Shown piece by piece: positions 1-13,180 of a stretch of 64,000 bases of DNA. The position numbers and the translations under genes were made by a program. Location: contig NC_043003.1 in assembly GCF_006345805.1 (NCBI RefSeq), positions 53,568,001 to 53,632,000 on the forward strand, read 5' to 3'. The notes below the pieces were generated by a model, which did no database searches, was not told where the DNA came from, and worked only from the letters and a program-made list of their open reading frames with translations. Position 1 is the first letter of the stretch; each line of letters opens with the position of its first letter. This stretch comes from Octopus sinensis (Eukaryota).

Positions 1-30
1 AAATTATTAGAAATAAAACTGAATACTTAC

Positions 31-93
31 TTCTTTTTTAGGAAATTTCGGGCAGGAATTCTTATATTTAGAAGCTTTAAATCTCCAGGCCAT
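31..93 (-). CDS. CORO7: First coding exon segment of coronin-7 / POD-1 (tandem coronin); gene continues beyond the left edge
   Basis: Minus-strand translation MAWRFKASKYKNSCPKFPKKE matches the characteristic N-terminus of invertebrate Pod1/coronin-7 (MAWRFKASKYKN...). Strong start context caaaATGg, an in-frame TAA five codons upstream, and a phase-0 donor GTAAGTAT at 30-23. Confidence 0.9.
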
Positions 94-221
94 TTTGATT
101 GATTTCTGGCTTTATACAATGACAAGTGTCAAAAGCTGAGGCAATAATTTTTCCTTATTTTTTTAATAGCTTGCTTATTCTCCTGATGCTATATTTACTG
201 TTGCTCCTTCCACTGAAATAG
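31..221 (-). other. CORO7: Exon carrying the CORO7 start codon (128 nt 5'UTR + 63 nt CDS)
   Basis: Acceptor ...ttttattttaatcttatattgcAG at 223-222, with a second possible AG 9 nt further in at 214-213; no upstream ATG in the UTR part. Confidence 0.75.
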
Positions 222-534
222 CTGCAATATAAGATTAAAATAAAAAGAGCTTAAAAGACTAATTATAGCAGAGTGCAATACATCATTAAATCAAAAGTAA
301 ATAAATAACATTTAATTAATACAACCCTTTGAATGAACAGACATAAAAAAAAGCATACAACATATCACTGTAGTTTGCACCTAGTCATTTGGCTGACTAT
401 CAATGTGCCAACAGATCTATTTTATGAAGGCTGGCATGGAGCTAAATAACAACAAAAACTCTTGCTATACACATACATATACACACATGTATATACTCAG
501 TGTGTGTGTCTGTATGTATCATCCTTTTGTTTGT

Positions 535-735
535 TCATCATTGTTCTTTTTACTTTCCATACTGACATGGGTTAGTCAGTTTGACAGGATCTGACAAGTT
601 AGAGGACCTATTGGCCTCCAAAGCTTTTCTTTTCGCTTGGCTTCTATAGCCAGATGCCTTCTTAACATCAACTACTTTAAAGAGAGTACTTGGTCTTTTT
701 TTTTTTTTTCTGTAGCACCAGAACTACTGGGTTTG
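535..735 (-). mobile_element. Degenerate RTE LINE 3' end
   Basis: Decayed copy of the ttccatgctggcatgggttgg...ggatgcccttcc 3'UTR. Confidence 0.55.
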
Positions 736-903
736 CCTTGCAATTTGAAAAACTGAAGAGCCTAAACCAACCCCCATGACTAAAAGGAAAACAGATGAGG
801 GAGTGATTAGTTTAGGCAAGATGATGAGAGGTAAAAATGAAAGGGACAGATATATATAATAAATATAGGGTTTATAGGAACATACACACATAGATTTATA
901 TAT

Positions 904-1553
904 ATGGATGAGGAGAGCTGTGTGAAGAAGTGCCACTCCCAAACAGTTGAAGGAAAACAGGGTAGAGGTAGACACAGGAAAACATGGGATGAGGTGGTGA
1001 AGCATGACCATTGAATGTTGGGTCTCACAGAGGCAATGACGAAAGACCATGGAGATATGCTGTGACTGTGAAGACCCCGAAAATAAAGTGAGTTCACAGC
1101 TGAAACCTACACCAGTGTCACAGCCCCAGCCCACTCAAAAGTACCTTGGATCGTAGGGTGACATGCTGTTCTTGAGGAGATCTATTGAGTCAAGTACATC
1201 AAAATCAAATGGAAATTGTAGTTGTGATCCCCGTACCAGTGGCACATAAAAAGCACCATCCAAATGTAGCTGATGCCAGCGCCACCTTGACTGGCTTCCA
1301 TGCTGGTGGCACATAAAAAACACCAACCGATCATGGTCACTGCCAGCCTCCTCTGACCCCTGTGCCAGTGACACATAAAAAGCACCCTCTACACTCTCGG
1401 AGGGGTTGGCGTTAAGAAGGGCATCCAACTGTAGAAACACTGCCAGATCAGACTGGAGCCTGGTGCGGCCTCCTGGCTTCCCAGACCCCAGTCAAACCAT
1501 CCAACCCAAGCCAGCATGGAAAACGGACATTAAACAATGATGATGATGATGAT
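904..1553 (+). mobile_element. 5'-truncated RTE-clade LINE (ORF C-terminus, 3'UTR with internal subrepeats, (GAT)n tail)
   Basis: 904 onward translates MDEESCVKKCHSQTVEGKQGRGRHRKTWDEVVKHD (RTE GRGRPRKTW motif); ends ggacattaaacaatgatgatg. Confidence 0.85.
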
Positions 1554-1591
1554 TTATATATATACACACACACACACATATATATATCAAA

Positions 1592-1895
1592 CATCACCAT
1601 CATCAAATATCCCATTTTCCATGCTGGCATGGGTTGGACAGTTTGACAGGAGCTGGCCAGCCAGTGAGCCACCCAGGCTCCAATTTGTCTATTTTGGTAT
1701 GGTTTCTATTGCTGGAAGCGCTTTCTAATGACAACCACTTTACAGAATGTACTAGGTGCTTTGTATGTGGCACAGGCACAAGTGCTTTTAACATAGCACC
1801 AGAACAAGTGCTCTTAAAGTGAAACTAGTATGAATGCCCTTAACGTGTTGTCAGCACAAGTGCTTATAATGTGACACCAGCACAGGTGCTTTTCA
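1592..1895 (-). mobile_element. RTE LINE 3' end, tail-to-tail with the previous copy
   Basis: catcaccatcatc...ttccatgctggcatgggttggacagtttgac; same 3'UTR in reverse. Confidence 0.75.
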
Positions 1896-1937
1896 TAGTG
1901 TGTGTGTGTGTACCCACACATATATATGTATGTCTCT

Positions 1938-2224
1938 TGCACCCTTTTCAAGCCTAGCCAGGCTCATGGGCCCGGTTTCTGTGACATATGTGTTCCCCCC
2001 AGCTGGACGGGACGCCAATCCATCGCAGCATTACTCAAGAAACAGGAAGAAAGAGCAAGAGAAAGTTGGGGCAAAGGAGTACAACAGGGGTCGTCACCAC
2101 CCCCTGCCAGAGCCTCGTAGAGCTTTAGGTGTTTTCGCTCAATAAACAAACACAAAGCCCGGTCTGGGAATCGAAACCTCCGACCGCGAGTCCGCTGCCC
2201 TAACCACTGGGCCATTGCGCCTCC
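1938..2224 (-). mobile_element. tRNA-derived SINE family C (V-domain-like core)
   Basis: Head ggaggcgcaatggcccagtgg (A box) and gtttcgattcc (B box); core ctgcgatggattggcgtcccgtccag resembles the V-SINE domain. Confidence 0.8.
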
Positions 2225-2274
2225 ACATATATGTATGCGTTTGTATAAACACATACATATGAGTATAAATCATC

Positions 2275-2510
2275 TTCATATTAATGCCCATCTTTCCATG
2301 CTTGCAGGAGTCAGACAGAATTTGCTGAGACAAATTTTCTATTGTCAGATGCCTTTCCAATCACCAACACTCACCTGTTTCCAAGCAAAGTAAATATTTT
2401 CTCATTGCCAGACATATTTACACAGAAAACTGGAAACAAAGAATGTCACTTGTATGACAGAGACACTCATTTACAACTACTGTGCAATGTCAAGGAAAGC
2501 AGACAGACAC
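2275..2510 (-). mobile_element. Old SINE family I (RTE-like tail)
   Basis: Homologous to 10955-11185, 15205-15450, 17485-17660, 30615-30855, 51910-52135 and 54965-55190. Confidence 0.6.
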
Positions 2511-3525
2511 ACACACACACAAATGTATAAAAGATATGTATAATGTGGCGGTGAGGGGTAAAGCATTTAATGTGCTGAACTTCTGCTTTGATGAGCACCT
2601 GAAATGCATTAGAGCAGCCACAAGAAAATGAAAACTTTTCAGGCTATTAAAGAGGATTAAGAATTATACTGCAAGCCAAAAACGAAAACGGTTCATATAC
2701 AATCGAAAGATGATAAAAAAAAAAAGATATGATAGTATATTTTAAATATAAGCATAAACTAATATTATGCCAGTATATTAATAAAAAGAAGTCCAAAGAT
2801 AACAATATACAGATAGAACTTCTTTTGGAAAAGAATCTCTAGCTATCTTGAAAGTACATAGATGATTGAGTAATTGAGAGAGTAAACAGCAAATGCACAT
2901 TGTCTGATCAAATAAATGCATATGAAATCGAAATTCTATGAATGTTATTATGTATATAGTCTAAAATACCTTTATTTGTTGGAGTAATCAATAATACATA
3001 TATCTTTAGAAAGTATGGTGAAGAGATGGATGATATCAGCAATGAAATAGAAACCTAAGTGGTTCTTTTACCTGATTATTAGATTCCAAAGAAATTCACT
3101 TGTTGCTTTGCTTTTAATATGGTAAAACATATTTCTTGATGTAAAAGTCACTTGGTATACTATACAATTGTTTAGTTTTAAAAAATTTTGTTACAATACA
3201 CATTTTCACAAAATTGCATTATGTGAACAGAGTGTCAAAGACAGGTGAATACCGTAATCAACACTATAGAAAAAAATAAATCTAAATGAATAACTTTAGA
3301 AGGAACAGATCTGAGAATAATGAAACTCACAGGGAAGATTACGGATCAAATTTCTTTGTGACATACCATTTGCCTAAATCATACCAAAATGAAAAAGCAA
3401 AGCTCTAAATCAATGGTTGTCAACCAGGCCCACAGATTGAGCAATAAGTTGGTTATACTTCTTTGACAATACAACAAATAATTTGACAATATCTTAAATA
3501 CAATTTCTAATGATATTTAACCATA

Positions 3526-3925
3526 GGCGTAGGAGTGGCTGTGTGGTAAGTAGCTTGCTTACCAACCACATGGTTCCGGGTTCAGTCCCACTGCATGGCA
3601 CCTTGGGCAAGTGTCTTCTACTATAGCTTCAAGCCAACCAAACCTTGTCAGTGGATTTGGTAGACAGAAACTGAAAGAAGCCTGTCATGTATATATATAT
3701 ATGTATGTATGTGTGTGTATATGTCTGTGTTTGTCCCCCCAACATCGCTTGACAACCAATGCTGGTGTGTTTACGTCCCCTTAAGTTAGTGGTTCGGCAA
3801 AAGAGACCGATAGAATAAGTACTAGGCTTACAAAGAATAAGTCCTGGGGTCAATTTGCTCCACTAAAGACGGTGCTCCAGCATAGCCACAGTCACATGAC
3901 TGAAACAAGTAAAAGAGTAAAAGAG
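3526..3925 (+). mobile_element. Full-length tRNA/CORE SINE family A with central (TA)/(TG) microsatellite
   Basis: Head ggcgtaggagtggctgtgtggtaag...ggttcagtccc, CORE-like ccttgggcaagtgtctt, tail gactgaaacaagtaaaagagtaaaagag; about 26 full or partial copies in the window. Confidence 0.9.
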
Positions 3926-5923
3926 ACATCCAAAAGTTTAACAACCTTAACATATAGTTATAAAACATCTAGCATGTCAGTTTTGGAATATCTTCATCAT
4001 CTGATCCACAATTCAACTGCGATTATCTCATTTTATTGTAAGCTTTTCTAATATCTATCACCTTAAAACATGGAGTGTGCACTCTAAAGATAGCAATAAG
4101 TTTCTTGCGAGAGATTTGTCTGCTACTTTGATCAGTTTGAGAAACTACACAGGTGTTCTCTCACAAGCATATCAATGATTATATTCATAAGACAGTGGTT
4201 CCATTCACATATATGATAAACTAATGAAATTATACAGAGTGATTAAATTAATGCAAATCATTTTCCTTTCGTAAGTTAAAATCAGAAAAACATTATTTGA
4301 GCAACAAAAATAGTGATGCATATAGTATCATGGAAGCTGTAAAGAGTATAAATATCATATCCAAATCTGAGTTACATTATCACTGAGGCTAAGATTGTAT
4401 ATGGGTACAACATAGATTTTCTAGACCCTTTGGATCCAACACAATTCTGGATTACTAATTTCTAGTACTCGTTACCTTGATCAACATACTTCAAATTAGA
4501 CAAATACTAAATTTACTTAAATGATATACAGGTACCTGTACATTACAATGGATTATAATAGATTCCAAACCATCAGGGTCTGAAAAGTCAGTGTTGTACC
4601 TGTATATGTCTCCAGACTACAGAAGATTGTTTGCACCTGCTTAAATGTGAACATTCTGTTCGAACAAGCTGCACCGCAGTAGTTATCATGAGAGAAACTC
4701 TCATATTGGCTTTTTGGTGCAAAATGAATTCTTGTTTATATTGCTACTTGGGAGATAAATCCCCGTCACCTCCAGCACTGAGACCACCAGGTCATGCGAT
4801 TTCCACCGCCCTTGGTCTTATCACCGATGGATGCTCAACCACTAGAAATAGCAGCGATTCATCCCAACAACTAGCATTATATAGAATAACAGTGCTAGAA
4901 CAGACACTGGTGTTGCAATTAGCCAGTGAGCTTGTTAAAAACATTTAATGGTAACACAGGCAGAATTAATACCAAGTGCTAATATATATGCCCACTTAAA
5001 CATGTACGTTTTGTTAGAACTAGCCATACTGCGGTAATTACCATGAGAGAAATTCTCATATTGACGTTTGGTGCAAAATAAACTCTTGGATATATCACTT
5101 ATAGGGAGATAAATCCCCATCAGCCCCAGGGCTGAGACCTTCAGACGATTGTATGTTGACTTAAATGAAGAGCTTATACACAACAGGACAATGTTCCTTC
5201 AAATCCTCATAGTTTCTTCATTGCAACCAGCTGTTGCTGCTGCTAAAGGTCAATGATATCAACAAGCAATAAATACACCATACAATTTTCTAACATACAA
5301 CCACAGAGTTTAACAAAACCACAATTATCAACATACACACTGAAATCCATATGTTCAACAAAATAATAGCAGAAGTACCTAAAAAAAACACGTTCCCAGT
5401 GCAGTATGAGATATAACTCTAACAGCACAACCCAAATATCTAACCTTATAAAGACCAGACATATTATCAAACACAATCCACAACCAAAATAACCTCAATA
5501 ATAGAAAAAAATAAACAAGAAAATAAAATAAAGTGAAAATAACATTTTTTAAAAACTGGTAAGCGTAACCATAAAATAAGCTTTAAAACCCCATAAAAAT
5601 AATATCAATGCTTTTAACAAAGGCCACTGTAACAAAATAAATCAGCAAGTGAATGCAACTTCAACAGGATTAATTAACCAACTAGAAATTGCTACAAAAT
5701 TTCTTCAAATCATAATAAGATCTTAAAAAAAATATGGAAACATTAGGTAATCTAATTTGTGATATACTATACAAAATGACAGGATAGTCATAAATGGAAA
5801 GTTTTTTGTTTTTCTTTTATCACAGGTCTACTCAATTAGGCCTGCCCTGGATGAAGACAGCAACAAACTAGTAATATAGTTATAATATAGATCGCATCTT
5901 ACATTGTGAATTCAATAACTTAA

Positions 5924-6133
5924 CCCTTTCGTTACCAACCTGGCTCTGGCTCTATAATACAAATGTCTTGTTTTCATAAGCTTTTAATCAAAATCTTCCA
6001 CCAAACCTTAGTCACAATTTATGTTCCTAACTCTTGCTTAATGATAACTAAGTTATTTTACTAAATTCTTTGTTATATTTAAAATAATTGAAAGAAACAC
6101 AGAGCATCTCAAAATAAATACAGTAACGAAAGG
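5924..6133. mobile_element. piggyBac-type MITE (family E)
   Basis: TTAA at 5920-5923 and 6134-6137; TIR ccctttcgttac / gtaacgaaagg; second copy at 34666-34876. Confidence 0.8.
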
Positions 6134-6170
6134 TTAAAACAATAATCTTAGATGAGTACTTTGATTAAAT

Positions 6171-6496
6171 ACTCTTTTACTTGTTTCAGTCATTTGACTG
6201 TGGCCACGCTGGAACACTGCCTTTAGTCAAGCAAATCGATCCCAGGACTTATTCTTTGTAAGCCTAGTACTTATTCTATTGGTCTCTTTTGTCGAACCGC
6301 TAAGTTACGGGGACGTAAACACACCAGCATTGGTTGTCAAGCGATGTTGGGGGAAAAACACAGACACACAAACACCACACACACACACACACATATATAT
6401 ACGACGGGCTTCTTTCAGTTTCCGTCTACCAAATCCACTCACAAAGCTTTGGTTGCCCCGACGCTATAGTAGAAGACACTTGCCCAAGGTGCCACG
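6171..6496 (-). mobile_element. SINE family A, 5'-truncated
   Basis: Reverse complement of the 3526-3925 type. Confidence 0.85.
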
Positions 6497-6596
6497 GGTC
6501 TGCTTCTCACGCATGACATAATGCCAAAGGTCTTGGTCACTACCTCCATGAGGCCCAACACTCAAAAGGAACTCAGCCACTTTGCCTCCACAGGGC

Positions 6597-6637
<41 letters not shown>

Positions 6638-6767
6638 CTTAGATTAATGGTACAGCACAAGTAATGGAGTTTGAGAGGTATGGATTTCATCTGCTGTAGC
6701 AGCTTGCTATGCGATTTTTTGTTCAACCCATGCCAGCATGGAAAACAGATATTAAAAGATGCTGATG

Positions 6768-6798
<31 letters not shown>

Positions 6799-6800
6799 CT

Positions 6801-7257
6801 TAGGGACGTGTTGCCTACGTAGGCAGTGCCTATCTACATGTAAAATAGATTGATCTATTTTGAATAAAATACATTTACTTTTGTAAATTAGGTAGGCATA
6901 ATTGGCCCCTGCTTTTCACTCTCAGTATTTAAACTACACGTAGTACTGCTGTAGTACACATGCTGCATACATTCCTATAACAAAGTTTTCTTTACGTGCT
7001 ATACAGGCAGAAGTAAATCTGCCTTCAGATCAGTTGCATACATTTGTTTCGCTTATTGTTTTTGTGTGTGTTTTTACCTTCAGCTTTAGCTCATTTTCAT
7101 TTATATCCATTTTCTCCCCTTTGCAGCAATGTATAACAACTACCTTTATATCTATATATTTTTATCCTTTTATCTAGAGACAAATCTTTTAATGATAGTT
7201 TACTACATGAAGGTCAACAACAGCCTACCCTGAGTAATTACTAACGGCATGTGCCTG
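6801..7257. mobile_element. Non-autonomous DNA element (hAT-like short TIRs) within a (TA)n tract
   Basis: Ends tagggacgtgttg / cggcatgtgcctg; homologous inverted copy at 50596-50993 shares ggcagaagtaaatctgcc and gagtaattact. No clear TSD. Confidence 0.55.
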
Positions 7258-7264
7258 ATAATAT

Positions 7265-7301
<37 letters not shown>

Positions 7302-7540
7302 TCTTTCATTCGTTTATTTGTTTCAGTCATTTGACTGTGGCCATGTTGGAGCACCACCTTTGAGTCAAACAAATCGAGCCCAGGACTTATTCTTTGTAAG
7401 CCTAGCACTTATTTATCAGTCTCTTTTGCCGAACCGCTAAGTTACAGGAACGTAAACACACCAACATCGGTTGTCAAGCAATGGTGGGGGACAAACACAA
7501 ACAGATACATACACACTCACACACATACACAAACACACAA
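7302..7540 (-). mobile_element. SINE family A, 3' half
   Basis: Sequence similarity to family A. Confidence 0.85.
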
Positions 7541-7547
7541 TATGTGT

Positions 7548-7852
7548 GGAGGCGCAATGGCCCAGTGGTTAGGGTAGCGGCCTCGCGGTCGGAGGATCAC
7601 GGTTTCAATTCCCAGACCAGGCATTGTGTGAGTTTATGGAGCAAAAACACCTAAAAGCTCCACGAGGCTTAGGCAGGGGGTGGTGGCGACCCCTGTTTTA
7701 CTCTTTCGCCACAAATTTCTCTCACTCTCTCTTCCTGTTTCTTGAGTAACTCTGCAATGGACTGGCGTCCCGTCCAGCTGGGGGGAACAAATGCACCACA
7801 GAAACCGGGAAACCAGGCCCATGAGCTTGGCTAGGCTTGCAAAGGGTGACGT
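7548..7852 (+). mobile_element. SINE family C
   Basis: ggaggcgcaatggcccagtggttaggg...ctgcaatggactggcgtcccgtccag. Confidence 0.85.
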
Positions 7853-8767
7853 AAAATATATATATATATATATATGATGGGCTTCACACACACACACATA
7901 TTTATACAGGTATGGATGTGCCTCTTTGACTCCCCACTGCATGACAATTGGTGCTGATTCATCTATATCCCATAACTTAGTGGTATGGCAAAAGAAAGTA
8001 AGAGAATACGTACAAGGCTAAAAAAGAATGTATTTGGGTCAATGTGTTTGCTAAACCCTTCAAAGCAGCCCGATGACTGAAACAATGAGAAAATAGGTGA
8101 GAGAACATTAAACTGTCAAAGATTAGATGATAATGTAATGTACTGTAAGTACCTAAAAAATTATTACAATCAAACAAGTCAAGCTTTGATGATTAGATAA
8201 TTAGCAATCTGAGTGATTACTTACTAACAATAAAACAACAATATAAAGGTATTTAATATAATGTCATAAAAGCAATATTTGGAAGAAACATGGTTAAAGG
8301 TGTAATTTCAAAATATCTGTAACTATACTTTTGAAAGACTAAAAATTCTCATTAACTGCTAAACACATCAACAAAGATCAATAAACAGATGTCATACCTG
8401 GAATAATATACTGTTTAACTATCAAAAACTAGTAGTTGCTTTATTAAGCCCAAAGAATTTATTGAAATTAAATGAATGCTGGTTTTCAATTAGTCTATAA
8501 AGTTTAAAGCATAATCGGAAATTAACTTTCACATTAAGTGGCATAGCCTGGTGTTAATTGCTTAGAATATCAATAATTAAAGCTTTTAGTTATCAACAAC
8601 AAGTGACCCCTTTATGCCTAAAGTATGCTGTGTTATGCAGGTCGTAAAAGTGCAATTCAATACAGTGAAGTAACATGAACAATAAAAATAAAGGATACTA
8701 AAGAGGAATGAGCTCTGCCGTTTGTGGTAAATTGATTAGGTATTAAATGAATTGAAGGGTACATCAG

Positions 8768-9312
8768 ATTATAATAATAATAATGAAATTATTGTATACT
8801 GTGCTCAGGTGCACCACAACTTGTCAAAAGTGCATATAAAGCATATGCAGTAATGTATAAATGTCTGGAAAGTGAACAGTGTATGAGTCAGATACATGCT
8901 TGCGTGTGTATGGAGGGGAGAAAATCAGGTGTAGTGTTGGCGAATCTCAGGAAGCATGGAAGTTTTGAAGGATGCAGTGCTCCAACAACTGATGCCAGCA
9001 GTTTGTTCCATGCTTCAACAACTCTTAGTGTGAAAAAATGTTTCCGAAAGTCATGGGAGCTATGCTGTTTTCTGACTTTGTAAACATGTCCATGGATGTT
9101 AGACAGGTGGAGTTATGAAAAGGTGCTCAGAGATATTGTTAGTAGATGGTTAATAATTTTATGGGCGTCTGCCAAGTCAGCTGCCAGACGTCAGAGTTTC
9201 AATGTATCCATGCCCAGGGAAGTAAGGCATTCAGAATATGGCAAATGCCTGATGGAGGGTATTCTCTTGGTTGCACATTGCTGAACAGTTTCCAGACGAT
9301 TAATGTAGTGTA
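8768..9312 (-). mobile_element. CR1-clade LINE 3' fragment
   Basis: Minus translation LETVQQCATKRIPSIRHLPYSECLTSLGMDTLKL*RLAADL...KHFFTLRVVEAWNKL matches the CR1 ORF2 C-terminus; (ATT)n tail at about 8770-8785. Confidence 0.85.
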
Positions 9313-9790
9313 GGGTTAGAAATATATTGAGAATAAATTATAAATACTAAACAAAAATGTTCTAAATTTGCGGTAATGACAAACCAGAGAAAATTCATAA
9401 TAAATGTGTGATTACTTGATATTTAATTTAAAAGATCTCAAGGGATTGATGGCACAACAAAGCTACTTTGAATACACAACTAATTCTGTCGCTTTTTAAA
9501 TTAATCAAATTCAAGTCTGCACCAAATTTGGAGAATAATTTTGTTCTCTTGATATTTAGTATATTTTTAAAAATTATCTACTGAAGTATACCTTCTTTTA
9601 CTTGTTTTCATCACTGAACTGCAGCCATGAAAGATTTAGTCAAACAAATCAACCCCAGCACATCTTTTTTAAGCCTGGCACTTAATCCATCAGTTTCTTT
9701 TGCTGAACCACTAAGTTACAGGTACATAAACAAACCAAGATCAGTTGTTAAATGGTAGAGGAGGACAAACACAAACACATATATACACAT

Positions 9791-9975
9791 GCGAGCTGGC
9801 ATGACGGTTGAAACGTTTAGCGGTATTTCAACTGTCTTTACATTCTGAGTTCAAATTCCGCCCAGGTCGACTTTGCCTTTCATCAATAAATTAAGTACCA
9901 GTTGTGTACTGGGGTCGATCTAATCGACTGGTCCTCCTTCACCTAAAATTTCAGGTCTTGTGCCTAGAGTAGAAA
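9791..9975 (+). mobile_element. SINE family D (conserved gactttgcctttcatcc...gataaattaagtacc core, Meta/Sauria-like), between two halves of a minus-strand family A copy (9592-9790, 9985-10115)
   Basis: Homologous copies at 20646-20852, 28436-28547, 30384-30614, 33359-33479, 34936-35154, 43437-43670, 44735-44915, 47645-47865, 48135-48250 and 52391-52608. Confidence 0.8.
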
Positions 9976-10150
9976 TTACATAAATACACAAAAGGCTTCC
10001 ACACAGTTTCCATCTACCAAAATTCCATTGCACTGACCAACCTGGAGCGATAGTAAAAGACACCTGCCCTAGGTGCCACACAAAGGGATTGAACTTAAAA
10101 CCACATAATTGCAAAGTGAACAGACATTAAATGATGATGATGATGATGAT

Positions 10151-10340
10151 GCCGGTGGCATGTAAAAAGCGCCCACAACACTTTCAGAGTGGTTGGCATT
10201 AGGAAGGGTATCCAGCTGTAGAAACTCTGCCAGATCAAGATTGGAGCCTGGTGCGGCCATCTAGTTCGCAAGCCCTCAGTCAAAATCATCCAACCAATGC
10301 TAGCATGGAAAGCAGACGTTAAACGATGATGATGATGATG
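10151..10340 (+). mobile_element. RTE LINE 3' end
   Basis: gttggcattaggaagggtatccagctgtagaaac...gacgttaaacgatgatg. Confidence 0.85.
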
Positions 10341-10440
10341 AAGACAGTTTTATTTTTTCTTTCTTTACTTTTTCACCTGAAGCAACATAAGTACTTTTTA
10401 AAGCACATCCAAACAAGTATATGGTGATGTTGTTTATTCC

Positions 10441-10730
10441 TTCTCAAGCCACACCTGGCTCATTAGGGCCAGTTTCCCAGTTTCTTGGCATATAGGTGCC
10501 TCATCTGGACAGGATGCTGGTCCGTCGCAGGTGAGCTGCAAGATGCAGGAGGAAAGAGTGAGAGAAAGTTGTGGCGAAAGAGTCAGCAGAAGTTTGCCAT
10601 TACCTTCTGCCGGAGCCGCGTGGAGCTTAGGTGTTTCACTCATAAACACACACATTGCCCGGTCTGAGATTCGAACCTGTGATACCTCGAGCATGAGTCA
10701 GCTGCTCTAACCACTAGGCCATGTGCCTCC
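10441..10730 (-). mobile_element. SINE family C variant
   Basis: Similarity to 7548-7852 and 53702-53982. Confidence 0.8.
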
Positions 10731-12738
10731 ACGTGTAGTGTAAATTAAATATAACAGGAGAAAAACTGCTTTCTGGGCAGTTTTTTCCATTTTGTATAGT
10801 ATATATCCCATACACACGAACATGCAGATACATATACGTGCGTGCGTGCATGCATGCGTGTGTGTGTGTGTAAGACTACACTGTCCAATATCTTTCCTCA
10901 ATTTCCTCACTTTTCAAGAATGATTGAACTTATAAAGCAGTAAAATCCTCATAATCATTATTTTCTATGCTTTCATGGTTGAAACGGAATTTGTTGAAGT
11001 GAATTTCTACAGCTGGATGCTTTTCTATTGTCAACCCTTATCTGTTTCCAAGTAAGGTGATATTTTCTTATGACCAGACATGTTTTCATTGAAGATTGGA
11101 AAGAAAGGACACTGCTTGTATGACAATGCCAGTCATTTACAACAACTATGCAAAAGTCAAGGCAAAGAGATAGTAACACACACAGACACGTGTGTGTGTA
11201 TATGTATATATATATATGAAACAGGGTTCTTTCAGTTTCTGTTTACCAATTCCACTCATAAGACTTTGGTTGGCCCAGAGCTAGAGTAGAAGTCACTCGT
11301 TCAATGTGCCATGCAGTGGGACTGAACCTGAAACAATGTGGTTGCAACTATGCCTGCACCTATAATAGGCAGGCTGGTCAGTCAATCAGTAGATAGACAG
11401 ATAGATAGAGAGAGAGAGAGAGAGAGAGGCAGACAGACAGATATAGTGGCATGGTTATATATTTATGTTTTGTAATCATTATAGTCATACATTATCAATT
11501 TTGACTATTATTTAAATCTCAAGGTGTTGGACTTCACAGACAAAGTTATACAATATTGATGGAAGTAGCCATATGTCGTATTGCAGATCTCTCTGACCTT
11601 GACCAGACTGGAAAATTTGACATTAATGCAACAGCAGTAGTAATTACACGAATACAGCATTTTATGTGGAATATGTGAACAAACCTGTATGAATGTTAGT
11701 TTACTTAGTTACTAATCAAGGCTCTACACAACAGTAACACATCTATCTATTCATGAAGCATTCCAGAGTATTTTTACAAACCAACAAACTCAGCCTGCAA
11801 GTAATAGGAGCCAAATATCTCTCAAATCACATCCTACCAGCTTAAATAGTGAAGGATACATTGGAAAACATTGTCCCTGGTATTAAAAAAAATGAGATGT
11901 TATATAGCTGGGACACTTTTGATTATACATCAGCAGCTCAATCAAAGCTGAGCAGAGGCTGTTAGCGACAGCAGCTTACAATGTTAATAATACATTTGAT
12001 CAAGCATTTCAATTTATTATAACCCAGTATTTTATTTTTTTCCCTCTTCAAGTCTTATGAACTTGAATAATAGCAATAAGAATAGCAACAGAGATAACAG
12101 ATATATTACATATTAGGGACTAACTATTCTCACATTTGTAAAATACCATAGAGGTTATGACATGTCATGAATGCTTTTCCTACTACATCACAAAGCAATT
12201 AGACACAATTAGATTAAATATGCTAGTAATAATAAGCCTTCACAAATTTAATTCAGACATATCCATGTAATGAATCTCTAAAGCATATGAAATGTTATCC
12301 ATTAGTTTTTTTCTTTAGAATTTACTCCTCAAACAAGTAGTTCTTTTTTTTAATGATACAATCATCTACAAATAGCTTCAATATACAATTCCATTTCTTT
12401 AATAATTCAAAGCAACATTTATTTACCTAATAAAACACATGCACTAGCACACACACACGCTATACAAAATTTCACTCACGCAACTTGCATGCCTATATAT
12501 GATTGTGTGCTGATATATTTAATGAAATGAGCCAAAAACAATCTTTAACCATTTGAAGTAAAATTCATTATGAGTAGATAAGGCATTGGTGTTAATGACA
12601 ACTTTTGTCAAAAAAAGTGAGACAATACTGCAAAATTTAAACTGAGAAGTAAAGTATGATCTTTGGAGTAGTAACAACTCAGAACAGACATGTTTTAGTC
12701 TTATTTAACATCCTCCGCTAAATATAGTTTAACATATT

Positions 12739-13075
12739 ACTCTTTACTCTTTTACTTGTTTCAGTCATTTGACTGCAGCCATACTGGAGCACCGCCTTTA
12801 GTTGAGCAAATCGACCCCAGGAATTATTCTTTGTAAGCCTAGTACTTATTCTATCGTTCTCTTTTTGCCGAACTGCTAAGTTACACATATACACATACAT
12901 ATATACATTTTTACAACGGGCTTCTTTCAGTTTCTGTCTACCAAATCCACTCACAAGTCTTTGGTCGGCCCGAGGCTATAACAGAAGAAACTTGCCCAAG
13001 GTGCCACGCAGTGGGAATGAACCCGGAACCATGTGGTTGGTAAGCAAGCTACTTACCACACAGCCACTCCTGCGC
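12739..13075 (-). mobile_element. SINE family A, near full length
   Basis: Sequence similarity to family A. Confidence 0.9.
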
Positions 13076-13180
13076 ATATACTTACAAAATCTTAGAATGA
13101 CTGAGAGGAAACAGAGTTTTGTAAATGTTACTCACTGATTAGGTTACTTAAAATTACATACATAAATCCATATATCCATA

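Noticed and set aside
3970-4020. Minus-strand LNCGSDDEDIPKLTC* as a terminal exon
   Set aside because: Weak acceptor, no supporting upstream exons, and it lies within the putative CORO7 leader intron.
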